Shown: positions 38,899 to 49,874, counted from the first letter of the stretch. The stretch is 64,000 nt of DNA from an uncultured Bacilli bacterium (GCA_934122275.1 CAKOWI010000002.1:64762-128761); one strand, 5' to 3'. A program made the numbers and translations. Notes: generated by a model not told the origin, from the sequence alone.

Positions 38899-40701
38899 AT
38901 GCCAGAACAAGAAAAACTAAGAAGTGAAATAGATGATAAATATAAGTGGGATTTAACGAGAATGTATTCTTGTGAAAAAGAATTTGATGATGATTATAAT
39001 AGTTTCATTAAATTTATAGAGGAGTTAAAATCATTTAAAGGGATCATAGCAAAAGATTCTGAAACTTTACTAAAATATTTGAAGTTAGATGAGAATGCAA
39101 ATACTATTCTTATGAATATGTATGTTTATGCACTTTGCAAAAATGATGAAGATTTATCAAATAAAGAATCACAAAAAAGGTATAATAAAGTGCTAGATAT
39201 ACTTTCTAAGTATGATGAAGCTACATCTTTTGTAATGCCAGAGCTTTTAAAAACAGATTATGAAGTTATTAAAAAATATATTAAAGAGAATAAGGAACTA
39301 GAAGAGTACTCATTTGACCTAGAAGAAATATATAGATATCAGCCTTATGTGTTAACTGAAAGTGAGGAAAAACTGGTATCTAATATATCCGATTTATCAA
39401 ATAAAATAGAAGGAAACTTTAGTATTATAAATAATACTTTGGTAGATTTTGGATACATAAAAGATGAGAATAATAATGATGTTAAATTAACAATTGGCAA
39501 TTATTCTAAATATATTAGATCATATGATAGAAATGTAAGAAAACAAGCATATGAAGCAAGAGGAAAAGCTTATAAAAAGTTTTCTAACTTAATTTCAAAT
39601 GATTATGAATCATATATAAGAGCATGTAGTATGATTGCAAAGGCAAAAAAATACGAATCTAGTATGGATATGTTTTTATTCCCAGATGGTGTTACTAGAA
39701 AAGTGTATGACACACTTATTGAAGTTGCTAAAAGCAATTTAAATATATTACATAAATATTTCAACTTAAAAAAAGAAATATTAAATTTAGATAAGTTGGA
39801 AACTTATGATTTATCTGTTTCACTTGCCAAAGATTACAAAAGAGTTTACAAACCAGAAGATGCTAAAGAAATAATAATTAAGGCACTTAGTGTATATGGT
39901 GATGAATATAAAAACGAGCTAAAAAAATTATTTGATGAAAGAAATATTGATTTTTATCCTAATAATGGTAAGAGAAGTGGATATTATGAAAATTCTTCAA
40001 GCAAAGATATCATTATTCTTGGTAATTATAATGATAATTTTGACTCTATATCATCCATTGCTCATGAATTAGGACATGCACTTCATAGTTATTATTCTAC
40101 AAAAAATAATAAACCACATTTATCTGGATATAGTATATTAATTGCAGAAGTAGCTTCTTTAACGAATGAAGTATTACTAGCTAATTATGTTATTAATAAT
40201 ACGGATGATAAGAAATTAAAATTATATGTACTAGATAATTTAATAGACGTGCTTAGTAACAACTTTTTTGATACTTTATCTTTAGGCAGTATATTTGAAG
40301 AGCAAGTGCATGATAAGGTATTTAATGGTGAGACACTTGGTGAAGAAGATTTTAATAAAATATATGAAAACATAACTAATGAACATAATGGTGATTTAGT
40401 AAATCCTTCTGAATATTCGAAGTATGGTTGGTGCAGAATTCCACACTTTTATTCTCCGTTTTATTACTATAAGTATTCGATAGGAGCGATTGGTGCTTGC
40501 TATGTTTCAAGTAAGATTTTATCTGGTGATAAAGAATTTTTAAATAAATATATTGATTTTCTTAAATTAGGTGGTAGTATGATGCCATTAGACGAATTGA
40601 AAACAATTGGTCTTGATTTAAATGATCCAAAAATAGTTAAGGGGGCTATTGAATATATCAATAAACTTATTGATCAATTTAAAGAAATATATAATAGTTA
40701 G
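38899..40701 (+). CDS. pepF: Oligoendopeptidase F (M3 family)
   Basis: 600 aa; HEXXH zinc motif 'AHELGHALH' plus downstream 'E' region. Confidence 0.88.
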   Translation: MPEQEKLRSEIDDKYKWDLTRMYSCEKEFDDDYNSFIKFIEELKSFKGIIAKDSETLLKYLKLDENANTILMNMYVYALCKNDEDLSNKESQKRYNKVLDILSKYDEATSFVMPELLKTDYEVIKKYIKENKELEEYSFDLEEIYRYQPYVLTESEEKLVSNISDLSNKIEGNFSIINNTLVDFGYIKDENNNDVKLTIGNYSKYIRSYDRNVRKQAYEARGKAYKKFSNLISNDYESYIRACSMIAKAKKYESSMDMFLFPDGVTRKVYDTLIEVAKSNLNILHKYFNLKKEILNLDKLETYDLSVSLAKDYKRVYKPEDAKEIIIKALSVYGDEYKNELKKLFDERNIDFYPNNGKRSGYYENSSSKDIIILGNYNDNFDSISSIAHELGHALHSYYSTKNNKPHLSGYSILIAEVASLTNEVLLANYVINNTDDKKLKLYVLDNLIDVLSNNFFDTLSLGSIFEEQVHDKVFNGETLGEEDFNKIYENITNEHNGDLVNPSEYSKYGWCRIPHFYSPFYYYKYSIGAIGACYVSSKILSGDKEFLNKYIDFLKLGGSMMPLDELKTIGLDLNDPKIVKGAIEYINKLIDQFKEIYNS

Positions 40702-40711
40702 GAGGTAAAGC

Positions 40712-41842
40712 ATGAAGAAAGACTATTATGAAGTACTTGGTGTTTCTAAAAATGCTACGGAAGCTGAAATAAAAAGTGCATTTAGAAAATTAGCTAAGAA
40801 ATATCATCCTGATGTTTCAAAAGAAGAAAATGCAGCTGAAAAATTTAAAGAAGTCCAAGAAGCATACTCAGTATTATCTGATAAAGATAAAAGAAATAAA
40901 TATGACACATATGGCCATGCAGCATTTGACCAAAATGGTGGTTATGGTGGTGGATTCTCTGGATTTTCGGGATTCGAAGATTTTGATGCATCAGATATAT
41001 TAAAAGATATATTTGGTGGTGGTTTTGGATTTTCAGGTTCTTCATTTTTTGGAGGAGATAGAAAAACAACAAGAGCAACAAAAGGTCCAGATGTAAGTGT
41101 AATATTTGATATGGACTTTGAAGAAGCAGCTTTTGGAACAGAAACAACGTTAGAATTAAATATAGATGATAAGTGTCCAGATTGTAATGGACTAGGAGGA
41201 ACAGGAGCTAAAACTTGTCCGGATTGTCACGGAAGTGGTTATATAAAAGAACAGCAAAGAAGTATTTTAGGTTCTTTTATATCACAAAGACCATGTCCTA
41301 CGTGTTCTGCAACTGGTGAAGTTTATACTAATAAATGTTCTACATGCCGTGGTACTGGTAAGAAAAAAGTTAAAAAAAGTATTGTAGTTAAAGTACCTGC
41401 AGGTGTTGATACAGGTGATCATTTAAGAGTAACTGGAAAAGGTCCAGCTGGTGAAAACGGTGGTCCTAATGGTGATGTTTATATTGAAATAAGGGTAAAA
41501 GATCATCCATTATTTAAAAGAGATAGTGAAAACCTATATTTAACATTACCACTAACTATTACTGAAGCATCTTTAGGATGTAAAAAAGAAGTTCCAACAC
41601 TTGACGGAAATGTTTTATTAACTATTCCAGCTGGTAGTCAGTCTGGTGATAAGTTAAGGATTAAGGGTAAGGGACTAAAAAGTCCAAGTAAAAGAAGTAC
41701 TGGCGATTTATACGTAGTATTAAAAGTTATTACACCTACTAAATTAGATAGAAAGCAAAAGAAAATGTTAGAAGAGTTAGCAGAAACTAATTTAAAAACA
41801 AGTGATTTTGATTTATACGAAAAATACGTTAAGAAAGGATAG
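40712..41842 (+). CDS. dnaJ: Chaperone DnaJ
   Basis: J-domain 'KKYHPD', G/F-rich linker, four CxxCxGxG zinc-finger repeats. Confidence 0.95.
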   Translation: MKKDYYEVLGVSKNATEAEIKSAFRKLAKKYHPDVSKEENAAEKFKEVQEAYSVLSDKDKRNKYDTYGHAAFDQNGGYGGGFSGFSGFEDFDASDILKDIFGGGFGFSGSSFFGGDRKTTRATKGPDVSVIFDMDFEEAAFGTETTLELNIDDKCPDCNGLGGTGAKTCPDCHGSGYIKEQQRSILGSFISQRPCPTCSATGEVYTNKCSTCRGTGKKKVKKSIVVKVPAGVDTGDHLRVTGKGPAGENGGPNGDVYIEIRVKDHPLFKRDSENLYLTLPLTITEASLGCKKEVPTLDGNVLLTIPAGSQSGDKLRIKGKGLKSPSKRSTGDLYVVLKVITPTKLDRKQKKMLEELAETNLKTSDFDLYEKYVKKG

Positions 41843-41859
41843 CATTGCTATCTTTTTTT
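41838..41859 (+). terminator. Rho-independent terminator overlapping the dnaJ stop
   Basis: gatagc-att-gctatc followed by T7. Confidence 0.7.
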
Positions 41860-41942
41860 GTTCTAATGTCAATATTGACAAAATACTATATATTATGTTA
41901 TTATTTTTGTCCTGCCCTTAAAAAAAGAAAGAAGGAATATAT

Positions 41943-42588
41943 AATGAATAATATAGTATTAAATGATAAATTAGCAGTTATATACATAAATGATGTTATA
42001 AATGAAGTTATATGTGGTACAGTAACAGTAAATAATGCTAATTACCATCATAATAGTAATTATAAATTTGCAAGTTCAATAATAAAACATGGTATTTTAA
42101 CTATAGATGATATGCAAACTAAAGGAATTGTTAATTATTCTGATGATGAATTAACGATTAAAAGAGATAACACATCACATATAAATGGTACTGATGCTGT
42201 TTCTTTATCGGTAGTTGGATTAACTGATTTATATAGATATGAAGATGAGTATTTTCCATTTTCTAACTATGAAATAGACTTTTTAGTTGATGATGAAGTT
42301 AAAACAGATAGAGTAGCGATTAATTATGGAAATGAGTTCTTATCTTATAAGTCTATTCCAAATAATATGATAAGATCAGTTGATTTAAGATTACTTGAGT
42401 ACGTTAATGGTAAAAATTGTACTATAAAAGATGCAGTTGATAAGTTTAATTATTTAGTTACAGCAGCAAAAACCCTTAAAAATTCTAAGCTAAATATACC
42501 ACTTAGGGAAACTTCTTATGATAAAAATAACATGTTAGATATAAATAAAATCAGTAGTATTCCTAAATTGGTATTAAAAAAGCAATAA
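41943..42588 (+). CDS. Hypothetical protein
   Basis: 215 aa from the ATG with RBS 'aagaaggaa'; the track's 41845 start lies inside the dnaJ terminator. Confidence 0.55.
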
Positions 42589-42675
42589 TATAGCTTGAAA
42601 AAACAAATAAAAATGATAATATAATTATATAGTAATTATTTAAGCAGTATTAGTTAGTTCAAAGGGAGATTGGTT

Positions 42676-44334
42676 ATGCATAATTATGAAAAAAATATTG
42701 TTAAGTATTTTAAGGAAAGAGATTATCTGTGCTTTTTTGATAGTGAAGAAGATGTGCTAAAAGTATTAAATAAAGATTTGACTGATTATGATTTAATGAC
42801 TTTATTTAGATATTACATAGACAATTTAGAAGATGATGAATTAAAAAGAAAAATACATTTATATTTAAATATAATTTGTAATAATCCTAGCTATAGTTAT
42901 GATAATATAACAAATAAAATTAGTGAAATTTTAAAAACATATGATAATGATATTAATTATAGAATAATGGATATGGTTTTTAATGACGAAATATTTATTA
43001 AGAAAGTAAAAAATAAGAAAAATGATGAAGATTTAGGTAAAAAATATTACTACACTGATTCTGTAAAACAGTACATAAGAGAAATCTCTAAATATGAATT
43101 GTTAAGCAAAGAAGAAGAATATGTTCTTGCAGTAAAATGTAAAAACGGAGATAAAAAAGCTAGGGAAAAACTTATAAATTCTAATTTGAAATTAGTAGTA
43201 AACATTGTAAGCAAGAAAAAATATATTCAAGAAGGTGACTTTTTGGATGCAGTGCAAATTGGGAACTTAGGTTTAATTAAAGCAGTTAGTAAATATGATC
43301 CAGAACTTGGACTTAGGTTTTCTACGTATGCAACGTATTGTATTAATACTAATTTATATAATGATATGATATATGATAAAAATTTACTAGAACGTAGTGA
43401 TATTAGTAAATTAAAGTTAATTAATAAAGCTAAAGAAGCCTTATCAAAAGAGTTTCTAAGAAATCCTACTTATGGAGAAATAGCAGATTACACTAAGATT
43501 AAATTAAGCGAGGTTATTCTAATTGTAAATAAATCAAATTATATTTTAAGCTTAGATCAAAAAGTAAAAGAAAATGGTGATGAGGATACTTGTGAATTAG
43601 GAAACTTTCTTAAAGATGATAATGTAAACGTTGAGGATACCGTTTTAAATGATATGGTATATGATGATTTATTATCATTCATAAATATTATACTTGGTGA
43701 AAGAGCAAAAGAAATATTACTTTTAAAATTAGGACTTGGAGGGAGATATCAGCACCGTATTACTGAAATATCTAAGATGTATAATGTAAGTAAACAGTGC
43801 ATATCTAGCACTTATTTAAAGAGTCTTGAGAAAATCAAAGAATTATATCCGATGATGGATAAAATTATCCAGTTTGCTAATGAAAAGAGTCTAGAAAAAT
43901 ATGATTTAAGAAGTAATTTAAGATTTAAAAATGGTGAAAATATGTCGGCATGGTTTCAATTAAATAAAAATAAATTGATTAGTAAATGTAAGTGTATTTC
44001 TAAAGAATATAGTAGGTATAAACAAGGTATGGAAGTATTAAAGTTAAGGCTAATATATTATGAATTATTGAAGATAGAAGAGTTTGAAAAACTAGGAATC
44101 TCTTGTGATGAATTTTTAATTATAATGTTAAATAGAAAAAATAAATCATTAATGTATGAAGATATTTCTGAGTTGTTAAATATGAATATAGAAAAGATAA
44201 AAAATATTTTAAGCAATGATAATGAAGATATGATATTTAAGATAAAAAAGTGTATTAGTGGTGATATTAAATATACAGAACTTGATGAAAAACTAAAAGA
44301 AAAGATAATGAGTAATTCTATTAGTAGCAACTAA
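42676..44334 (+). CDS. Sigma-70-family protein with long N- and C-terminal extensions
   Basis: Region 2 'LVVNIVSKKKY..EGDFLDAVQIGNLGLIKAVSKYDPELGLRFSTYATYCI', region 3-like 'RNPTYGEIADYTKIKLSEV', region 4 'LGLGGRYQHRITEISKMYNVSKQCISSTYLKSLEKI'. Flanked by about 130 aa N-terminal and 165 aa C-terminal sequence of unknown type. Confidence 0.7.
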   Translation: MHNYEKNIVKYFKERDYLCFFDSEEDVLKVLNKDLTDYDLMTLFRYYIDNLEDDELKRKIHLYLNIICNNPSYSYDNITNKISEILKTYDNDINYRIMDMVFNDEIFIKKVKNKKNDEDLGKKYYYTDSVKQYIREISKYELLSKEEEYVLAVKCKNGDKKAREKLINSNLKLVVNIVSKKKYIQEGDFLDAVQIGNLGLIKAVSKYDPELGLRFSTYATYCINTNLYNDMIYDKNLLERSDISKLKLINKAKEALSKEFLRNPTYGEIADYTKIKLSEVILIVNKSNYILSLDQKVKENGDEDTCELGNFLKDDNVNVEDTVLNDMVYDDLLSFINIILGERAKEILLLKLGLGGRYQHRITEISKMYNVSKQCISSTYLKSLEKIKELYPMMDKIIQFANEKSLEKYDLRSNLRFKNGENMSAWFQLNKNKLISKCKCISKEYSRYKQGMEVLKLRLIYYELLKIEEFEKLGISCDEFLIIMLNRKNKSLMYEDISELLNMNIEKIKNILSNDNEDMIFKIKKCISGDIKYTELDEKLKEKIMSNSISSN

Positions 44335-44418
44335 TGGAATTACTTTTTTTGTATTTTAACTAGGCTCTCTTAGTAAAAGATGTTATAATATAATTATTAT
44401 GTATTGTAGGAGGCACTT

Positions 44419-46752
44419 ATGAAAAATATGACTGGATTATCAAAAGCAGAAGTAGAAAAAAGATACAGAGAAAATAAAGTGAATTATGATACAACAACCC
44501 CAAGTAAAAGTATAAAACAGATATTAATAGAAAATATATTTACTTTATTTAATTTTATAAACATGGTGCTTGCTATTGCGGTTATATTAGTTGGGTCTTA
44601 TAAAAATTTACTTTTTCTAGGAGTAGTAATTAGTAATACTTTAATTAGTACATTACAAGAAATAAGAGCTAAAAAAACGGTAGATAAGTTATCAGTAATT
44701 TCTTCTAGTAAAGCTAAAGTTATAAGAGATAGTAAAGAAAAAGAAATTAGTATTAATGAAGTTGTTCTTGATGATATTATTATATATGAATTAGGTAATC
44801 AAGTAATTGCAGATTCAAAAGTAGTAGATGGTACTTGTGAGGTTGATGAGTCATTTATAACTGGTGAATCTAAAACAATTACTAAAAAGGTAGGGGATGA
44901 ATTATTATCTGGTAGCTTTATAGTTAGTGGTAGTGTGGTTGCAAAAGTTATTCATGTTGGTCTTGATAATTATACTTCTGTTATATCAAAAGATGCTAAA
45001 ACTATGACCAAAGAAATTAATTCACAAATAATGAGATCACTAAATAAAATTGTTAAGTATGTATCGATTGCACTTATACCAATTGGTATCTTACTTTTAT
45101 TAAAAGAGTTTAGTATTCCAAATAATACTACACAAAATGCTGTAGTTAAAGTAGCAGCAGCGGTAATTGGAATGATACCAGAAGGACTTATATTGCTTGT
45201 ATCTACGGTTTTAGCAATTAGTGTTGTTAAACTATCTAAATATAATGTTTTAGTTCAGGATTTATATTGTATTGAAACGTTAGCAAGAGTTGATACATTA
45301 TGTTTAGATAAAACAGGGACAATTACTGAAGGAAAGATGGAAGTAGTTGATGTTGTTCCTATTGGGAAACACAAAATAAATGAGATAGATGTAGCTTTAG
45401 AATCGATATCGAATAATTTAAATGATAAAAATCCAACGTTTAATGCTTTACATGATAAGTATAAAAATAGTGATTATATTAAGGCTAAAGATATAATTTC
45501 ATTTTCTTCTGATAGAAAATATTCAGGAGTTATATTAAGTGATGTTTCTTATATTTTAGGAGCTCCTGAAATTGTATTAAAAAATGAATATAAAAAATAT
45601 GAAAATAAAATAAATGATTTATCGATGGAAAATAGAGTACTTGCATTAGTTAGATCTAAAAATAAAACTATAAAAAATGGTATTAGTGATGATATTGAAG
45701 CACTTGGTTTAGTTATAATTAGAGATAAAATAAGAAAAGAAGTAATTAATACTTTAAGATATTTTATGGATAATGATATAGAGATAAAAGTTATATCTGG
45801 CGATAATACTAAAACAGTATCTTCTATAGCTAGAAGTGTTGGAATAGATATAAAGGGTGTTTGTGATGCAAGATGTATTAATGATGACACTAATATTAAT
45901 GAAGTAGTAGAGAATAATAATATATTTGGTAGGGTAAAACCAGAACAAAAAAGAATGCTTGTTAAAGCATTAAAGGAAAATGGTCATATAGTTGGTATGA
46001 CTGGTGATGGTGTAAATGATGTTTTAGCTCTTAAAGAATCAGATTGTGGTATTGCGATGAATTCTGGATCTGATGCAGCTAGAAATGTTGCAGAATTAGT
46101 ACTTCTTGATTCAAATTTTAACTCTATGCCAGAGGTTGTGAAGGAAGGTAGAAAAACAATTAATAATGTTCAAAGATCAGCAACACTATTTTTATCAAAA
46201 ACTATATATGCATCCTTTTTAGCTATATTATTCTTATTCATTAATTATTCATATCCTTTTATACCAATACAAATGTCTTTAATAAGTAGTCTAACTATTG
46301 GTATGCCTGCCTTTATTTTAGCATTAGAACCAAATCATGATAGAGTAAGTGGTAAGTTTTTAATAAACGTAGTTAGTAAGGCTATTCCAAGTGGTATAAC
46401 AACTGTAATAAATATTTTAATATTAGTATTATTAGGTAGTTTATTTAAAATAAGTAGTATTCAAACATCTACAATAGCAGTTGTTATTACGTGGTATACA
46501 GCAGTTTTACTTATATATAGAATAAGTAAACCACTTAATTTACTAAGAAAAAGTTTACTAGTTTTTATAATTATTTTATTTTCATTAGCAATTTTTGTTC
46601 CATTTTTAAGAAGCTTGTATTCATTAGAATTTCTAGATGCAAACTCACTTTTAATTTTGTCATTTTTAATGATTATATCAACTAGAATATTTGTTTTCTT
46701 TAGTAAGCTACTAAATATTGTAATAGAAAAGAAAGGTAATTGGTTTATATAA
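44419..46752 (+). CDS. Cation-transporting P-type ATPase (P2/P3-like, Ca2+/Mg2+ type)
   Basis: 'DKTGTITEGKM', 'TGDGVNDVLALKESDCGIAM', 10 TM helices; 777 aa. Confidence 0.88.
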   Translation: MKNMTGLSKAEVEKRYRENKVNYDTTTPSKSIKQILIENIFTLFNFINMVLAIAVILVGSYKNLLFLGVVISNTLISTLQEIRAKKTVDKLSVISSSKAKVIRDSKEKEISINEVVLDDIIIYELGNQVIADSKVVDGTCEVDESFITGESKTITKKVGDELLSGSFIVSGSVVAKVIHVGLDNYTSVISKDAKTMTKEINSQIMRSLNKIVKYVSIALIPIGILLLLKEFSIPNNTTQNAVVKVAAAVIGMIPEGLILLVSTVLAISVVKLSKYNVLVQDLYCIETLARVDTLCLDKTGTITEGKMEVVDVVPIGKHKINEIDVALESISNNLNDKNPTFNALHDKYKNSDYIKAKDIISFSSDRKYSGVILSDVSYILGAPEIVLKNEYKKYENKINDLSMENRVLALVRSKNKTIKNGISDDIEALGLVIIRDKIRKEVINTLRYFMDNDIEIKVISGDNTKTVSSIARSVGIDIKGVCDARCINDDTNINEVVENNNIFGRVKPEQKRMLVKALKENGHIVGMTGDGVNDVLALKESDCGIAMNSGSDAARNVAELVLLDSNFNSMPEVVKEGRKTINNVQRSATLFLSKTIYASFLAILFLFINYSYPFIPIQMSLISSLTIGMPAFILALEPNHDRVSGKFLINVVSKAIPSGITTVINILILVLLGSLFKISSIQTSTIAVVITWYTAVLLIYRISKPLNLLRKSLLVFIIILFSLAIFVPFLRSLYSLEFLDANSLLILSFLMIISTRIFVFFSKLLNIVIEKKGNWFI

Positions 46753-46753
46753 A

Positions 46754-47560
46754 ATGATAAAAATAATTTTTTCTGATTTAGATGGAACACTTAGGAAAGA
46801 AAAAACTATATCAAAGAATAATTTAGATGCTATAAAGAAGTATAGTAATTTAGGAAATTTATTTGTAGTTACAACAGGAAGAAGTGTTTCATATATAAGA
46901 AAGCTTTTTAATGATACGGAAGAAATTAGATACATTATTTCTAATAATGGTTCAATAATATATGATAATAAAAATAAGGGTGTAATATATCACAATAAAA
47001 TTAAATACGAAGATATATATATAATTGATAAGTTATGTAAGTTATATGGTGCAAAGTTATTAATTTGTGGATTAGATTATGATTATGTAAATAAAAATCC
47101 AATATATAATCAAAAATTATATAAAAACATTGATGAAAAATTATATGAAAAAAATTGTATAACACAGCTTATTATTGTATCAGAAGAAAAAGATGTAATG
47201 AAAAATATAATAAAGAAAATAGATGATTTTAATCTTAAAGTAGTTAATAGAAGTAAATCGTTATACGATAATTCTATAGGAAATAGTTATTGGATTAATG
47301 TTTGTAATAATAGTGATAGTAAGGGAAATGCTGTAAAGTATTTATGTAATTATCTAAATATTAAATTATCTGATACTTTAAGAGTTGGTGATGAGCTAAA
47401 TGATATTTCAATGTTTTTTAATGAAGGTATAAATGTATCAGTATTAAATGGTACTAAAGAATTAAAAGATAAAGCTGATTTTATAGCAACATCATGTGAT
47501 AAAGATGCTATTTCCTATATTATAGATAAGATAATTTATAGTGCAAACAGCACTAAATAA
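46754..47560 (+). CDS. HAD-IIB (Cof-type) hydrolase
   Basis: 'IIFSDLDGTL' motif I and 'GDELNDISMF' motif IV. Confidence 0.8.
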   Translation: MIKIIFSDLDGTLRKEKTISKNNLDAIKKYSNLGNLFVVTTGRSVSYIRKLFNDTEEIRYIISNNGSIIYDNKNKGVIYHNKIKYEDIYIIDKLCKLYGAKLLICGLDYDYVNKNPIYNQKLYKNIDEKLYEKNCITQLIIVSEEKDVMKNIIKKIDDFNLKVVNRSKSLYDNSIGNSYWINVCNNSDSKGNAVKYLCNYLNIKLSDTLRVGDELNDISMFFNEGINVSVLNGTKELKDKADFIATSCDKDAISYIIDKIIYSANSTK

Positions 47561-47624
47561 ATTGACTTTTATGTATAATTATTGTTTAATTAATATGTAG
47601 AATAAAGCGAAGGATGATGAGTAA

Positions 47625-49874
47625 ATGAAAAAAAGTAAAGCTCTTAGAACACTATTAGTTATATTAACTATTTTTATAAGTTTTATTATGTTTCAAGATA
47701 AAGCTTTAGCGAAGGTTAGGATGTCTAAATTTATGGCATGGGGTTGTTATAAATACAATGGTACTGCACTTGTTTATAAGGCATTAGATGGTGGGAATGA
47801 GATAATCGAGAAAACAATGGATCAAGCAGTTTTTGGCTTGTATGATGAAAGTAGTGGAAAAACGCTTCATGCATATTGTATTCAGCCTGGTGTATCAATA
47901 AATAGTGGCGATAAAGATATGTATAACTATGGTGACATAATGGGAGCTGGAGAGTATAAGGGAACTAGTACTCCTGGTTTTGGTTATGGTACATGGTATA
48001 AAGATACAAATGAATTATCAAAAAGAAAACAAATGATTTTACAGGTATTAAACTATGCTTATGAAATAACTGATATTCCTAGTGGAACTTTTCCATCTAA
48101 TTTTCGTGGAAGAGTAAAAAAGATGAATCGTGAGGAATATCAAAAGATACTTGCAGCTCAGTCAATAATATGGGAAATTGTTTGGGGTGAAAGAACAAAC
48201 TTTAATTATGTAGAAAATCAAAGTGATGATTGGGGTTATAGGCCTGATAATATGGTTACCGACGGGTTATTTCATACATTTTATAAGCATTCTAAGCAAC
48301 CTAGTAATCCAAATGAAAACTTTTATAATGTAGCAATTACACAGTACAAACACATAATTAATAAAGTATATAATACTTACTATAGAATGCCAGGAAGTAA
48401 TTATGCTTTTAAAACAACGAAAGAGTCCGCAAATAAATATGAAATAAAAGTTAATAATTCAGTAGATATTAAAGATAGTAGTGGTGCATTTCAGTATTTT
48501 GAAGTAGCAAGTAATACAGCTGGTCTTGATGTAAAATTAGTAAATAATGATACTATAAGAGTTACTGCAACAAAAGCATTTACACAAGATAATCCAGCAG
48601 AATTAACATTAGTTACTAAAAGTAGTAAGAAAAATGGACCAACCGCTATAATAACTAATTTTTATGTATCAGAAAATTCACAAGATTTTGCATATGGAAG
48701 TCCAACAGCAAGACATATACATATAAAATTCTATACACCAAAGTACAAGTTAGAAATAATAAAACTAGATGAGGATAAAAAGGGATTAGCAGGAGCAAAA
48801 TTTAACTTATGTAGTGATAATAAATGTAATGATATAATTGCAGAACTAAAAAGTGGAGAAGATGGAAAAGTTACATATGAAGTTGAAAAAACAGGAACAT
48901 ATTATGTAAAAGAAATAGAGGCGCCAGAAGGATATGTATTAGATAGTAAAATACGCAGTATAACCGTTTCAGATAGTAATTCCAATCCAAAACCAATAGA
49001 GTTTGAAAATAAAGCAAGAAGTATGAATCTAACAAAAAGAACAGTAGATGAAAATGGGAATGTAACAATATTAGAAGACGGATGTGGAACAGATACATAT
49101 ACAGGTCCAAAGTTTGAAATAAAAAATAAAGATGGTAAAACATTATACTTTGAAGAAATAGAAGAAGGATTATATAAACCATCAGATGAAGAAAATGGCA
49201 AAATAGAAATAAAAACATGTAATGGAGCATTTTCGGTAAAATATATGACAGAGTGCGAATATGAAATAGTTGAAAGAGAAGCACCAGAAGGACTTATGTT
49301 GCCGGATAATCCAGCACTAAAGGTAAATATATGTAAGTCTGATGGAAATATATCATTTACAAATGGATTTACCGGATTAGAGTTTCAAAAAAAAGATGAA
49401 AGTGGAAATCTAATATCAGGAGGAAAGTTTGCACTTCAGAAAAAAGAAAATGGAGCATATAAAGATGTTTTACTAAAGAAAGTAAAAGAAGGATATTACA
49501 CATATGATTCAAAGTTAACAGAAGATGATGAAGATGTAAGCTATATAATGGAAACAGATGGTGGAATTTCATTTATAGATAAAATATCAGCAGGAGAATA
49601 TAGAGTAGTAGAAAAAGAAGCACCAGAAGGATATGAACCAATAAAAGATAAAGATTCAACAGCAAAGATAGTTATAAAAGATGATTCATCTAATTCATAT
49701 AATAGAGTTGAATTAATAAACAAAAAGATAAGTGTTGGCGGAGATGATGCTAGTGCAGAATTAATAGTTACTATAACAACAGGAAGAAAAGTATTAAATT
49801 ATGTATTAATATTTGGAGGATTAGCATCTATATTAATAGTGCTTATAATACTAAGAAAGAAGTTTAAAAAATAA
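47625..49874 (+). CDS. Cell-surface adhesin: signal peptide, candidate thioester (TED) domain, Cna-B-type repeats, C-terminal membrane anchor
   Basis: Signal peptide '...QDKALA'. 'HAYCIQPG' fits [YFL]C-hydrophobic-[DNEQ] and 'AAQSIIWEIVW' fits the hydrophobic-Q-x3-W Gln motif of internal-thioester domains. Three 'EAPEGY/EAPEGL' repeats are typical of Cna-B folds. Ends with a hydrophobic helix plus 'RKKFKK'. Confidence 0.75.
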   Translation: MKKSKALRTLLVILTIFISFIMFQDKALAKVRMSKFMAWGCYKYNGTALVYKALDGGNEIIEKTMDQAVFGLYDESSGKTLHAYCIQPGVSINSGDKDMYNYGDIMGAGEYKGTSTPGFGYGTWYKDTNELSKRKQMILQVLNYAYEITDIPSGTFPSNFRGRVKKMNREEYQKILAAQSIIWEIVWGERTNFNYVENQSDDWGYRPDNMVTDGLFHTFYKHSKQPSNPNENFYNVAITQYKHIINKVYNTYYRMPGSNYAFKTTKESANKYEIKVNNSVDIKDSSGAFQYFEVASNTAGLDVKLVNNDTIRVTATKAFTQDNPAELTLVTKSSKKNGPTAIITNFYVSENSQDFAYGSPTARHIHIKFYTPKYKLEIIKLDEDKKGLAGAKFNLCSDNKCNDIIAELKSGEDGKVTYEVEKTGTYYVKEIEAPEGYVLDSKIRSITVSDSNSNPKPIEFENKARSMNLTKRTVDENGNVTILEDGCGTDTYTGPKFEIKNKDGKTLYFEEIEEGLYKPSDEENGKIEIKTCNGAFSVKYMTECEYEIVEREAPEGLMLPDNPALKVNICKSDGNISFTNGFTGLEFQKKDESGNLISGGKFALQKKENGAYKDVLLKKVKEGYYTYDSKLTEDDEDVSYIMETDGGISFIDKISAGEYRVVEKEAPEGYEPIKDKDSTAKIVIKDDSSNSYNRVELINKKISVGGDDASAELIVTITTGRKVLNYVLIFGGLASILIVLIILRKKFKK

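Noticed and set aside
41845-41942. N-terminal extension of the 41845 ORF, and analogous extended starts at 16117, 50096, 22574, 23091, 37001, 32531, 53540 and 56104
   Set aside because: The upstream segments overlap terminators, promoters or the T-box, or place the RBS on top of the start codon. Downstream ATG/GTG/TTG starts with properly spaced Shine-Dalgarno sequences give N-termini that match known family starts (e.g. [14 protein letters not shown] for DnaK).
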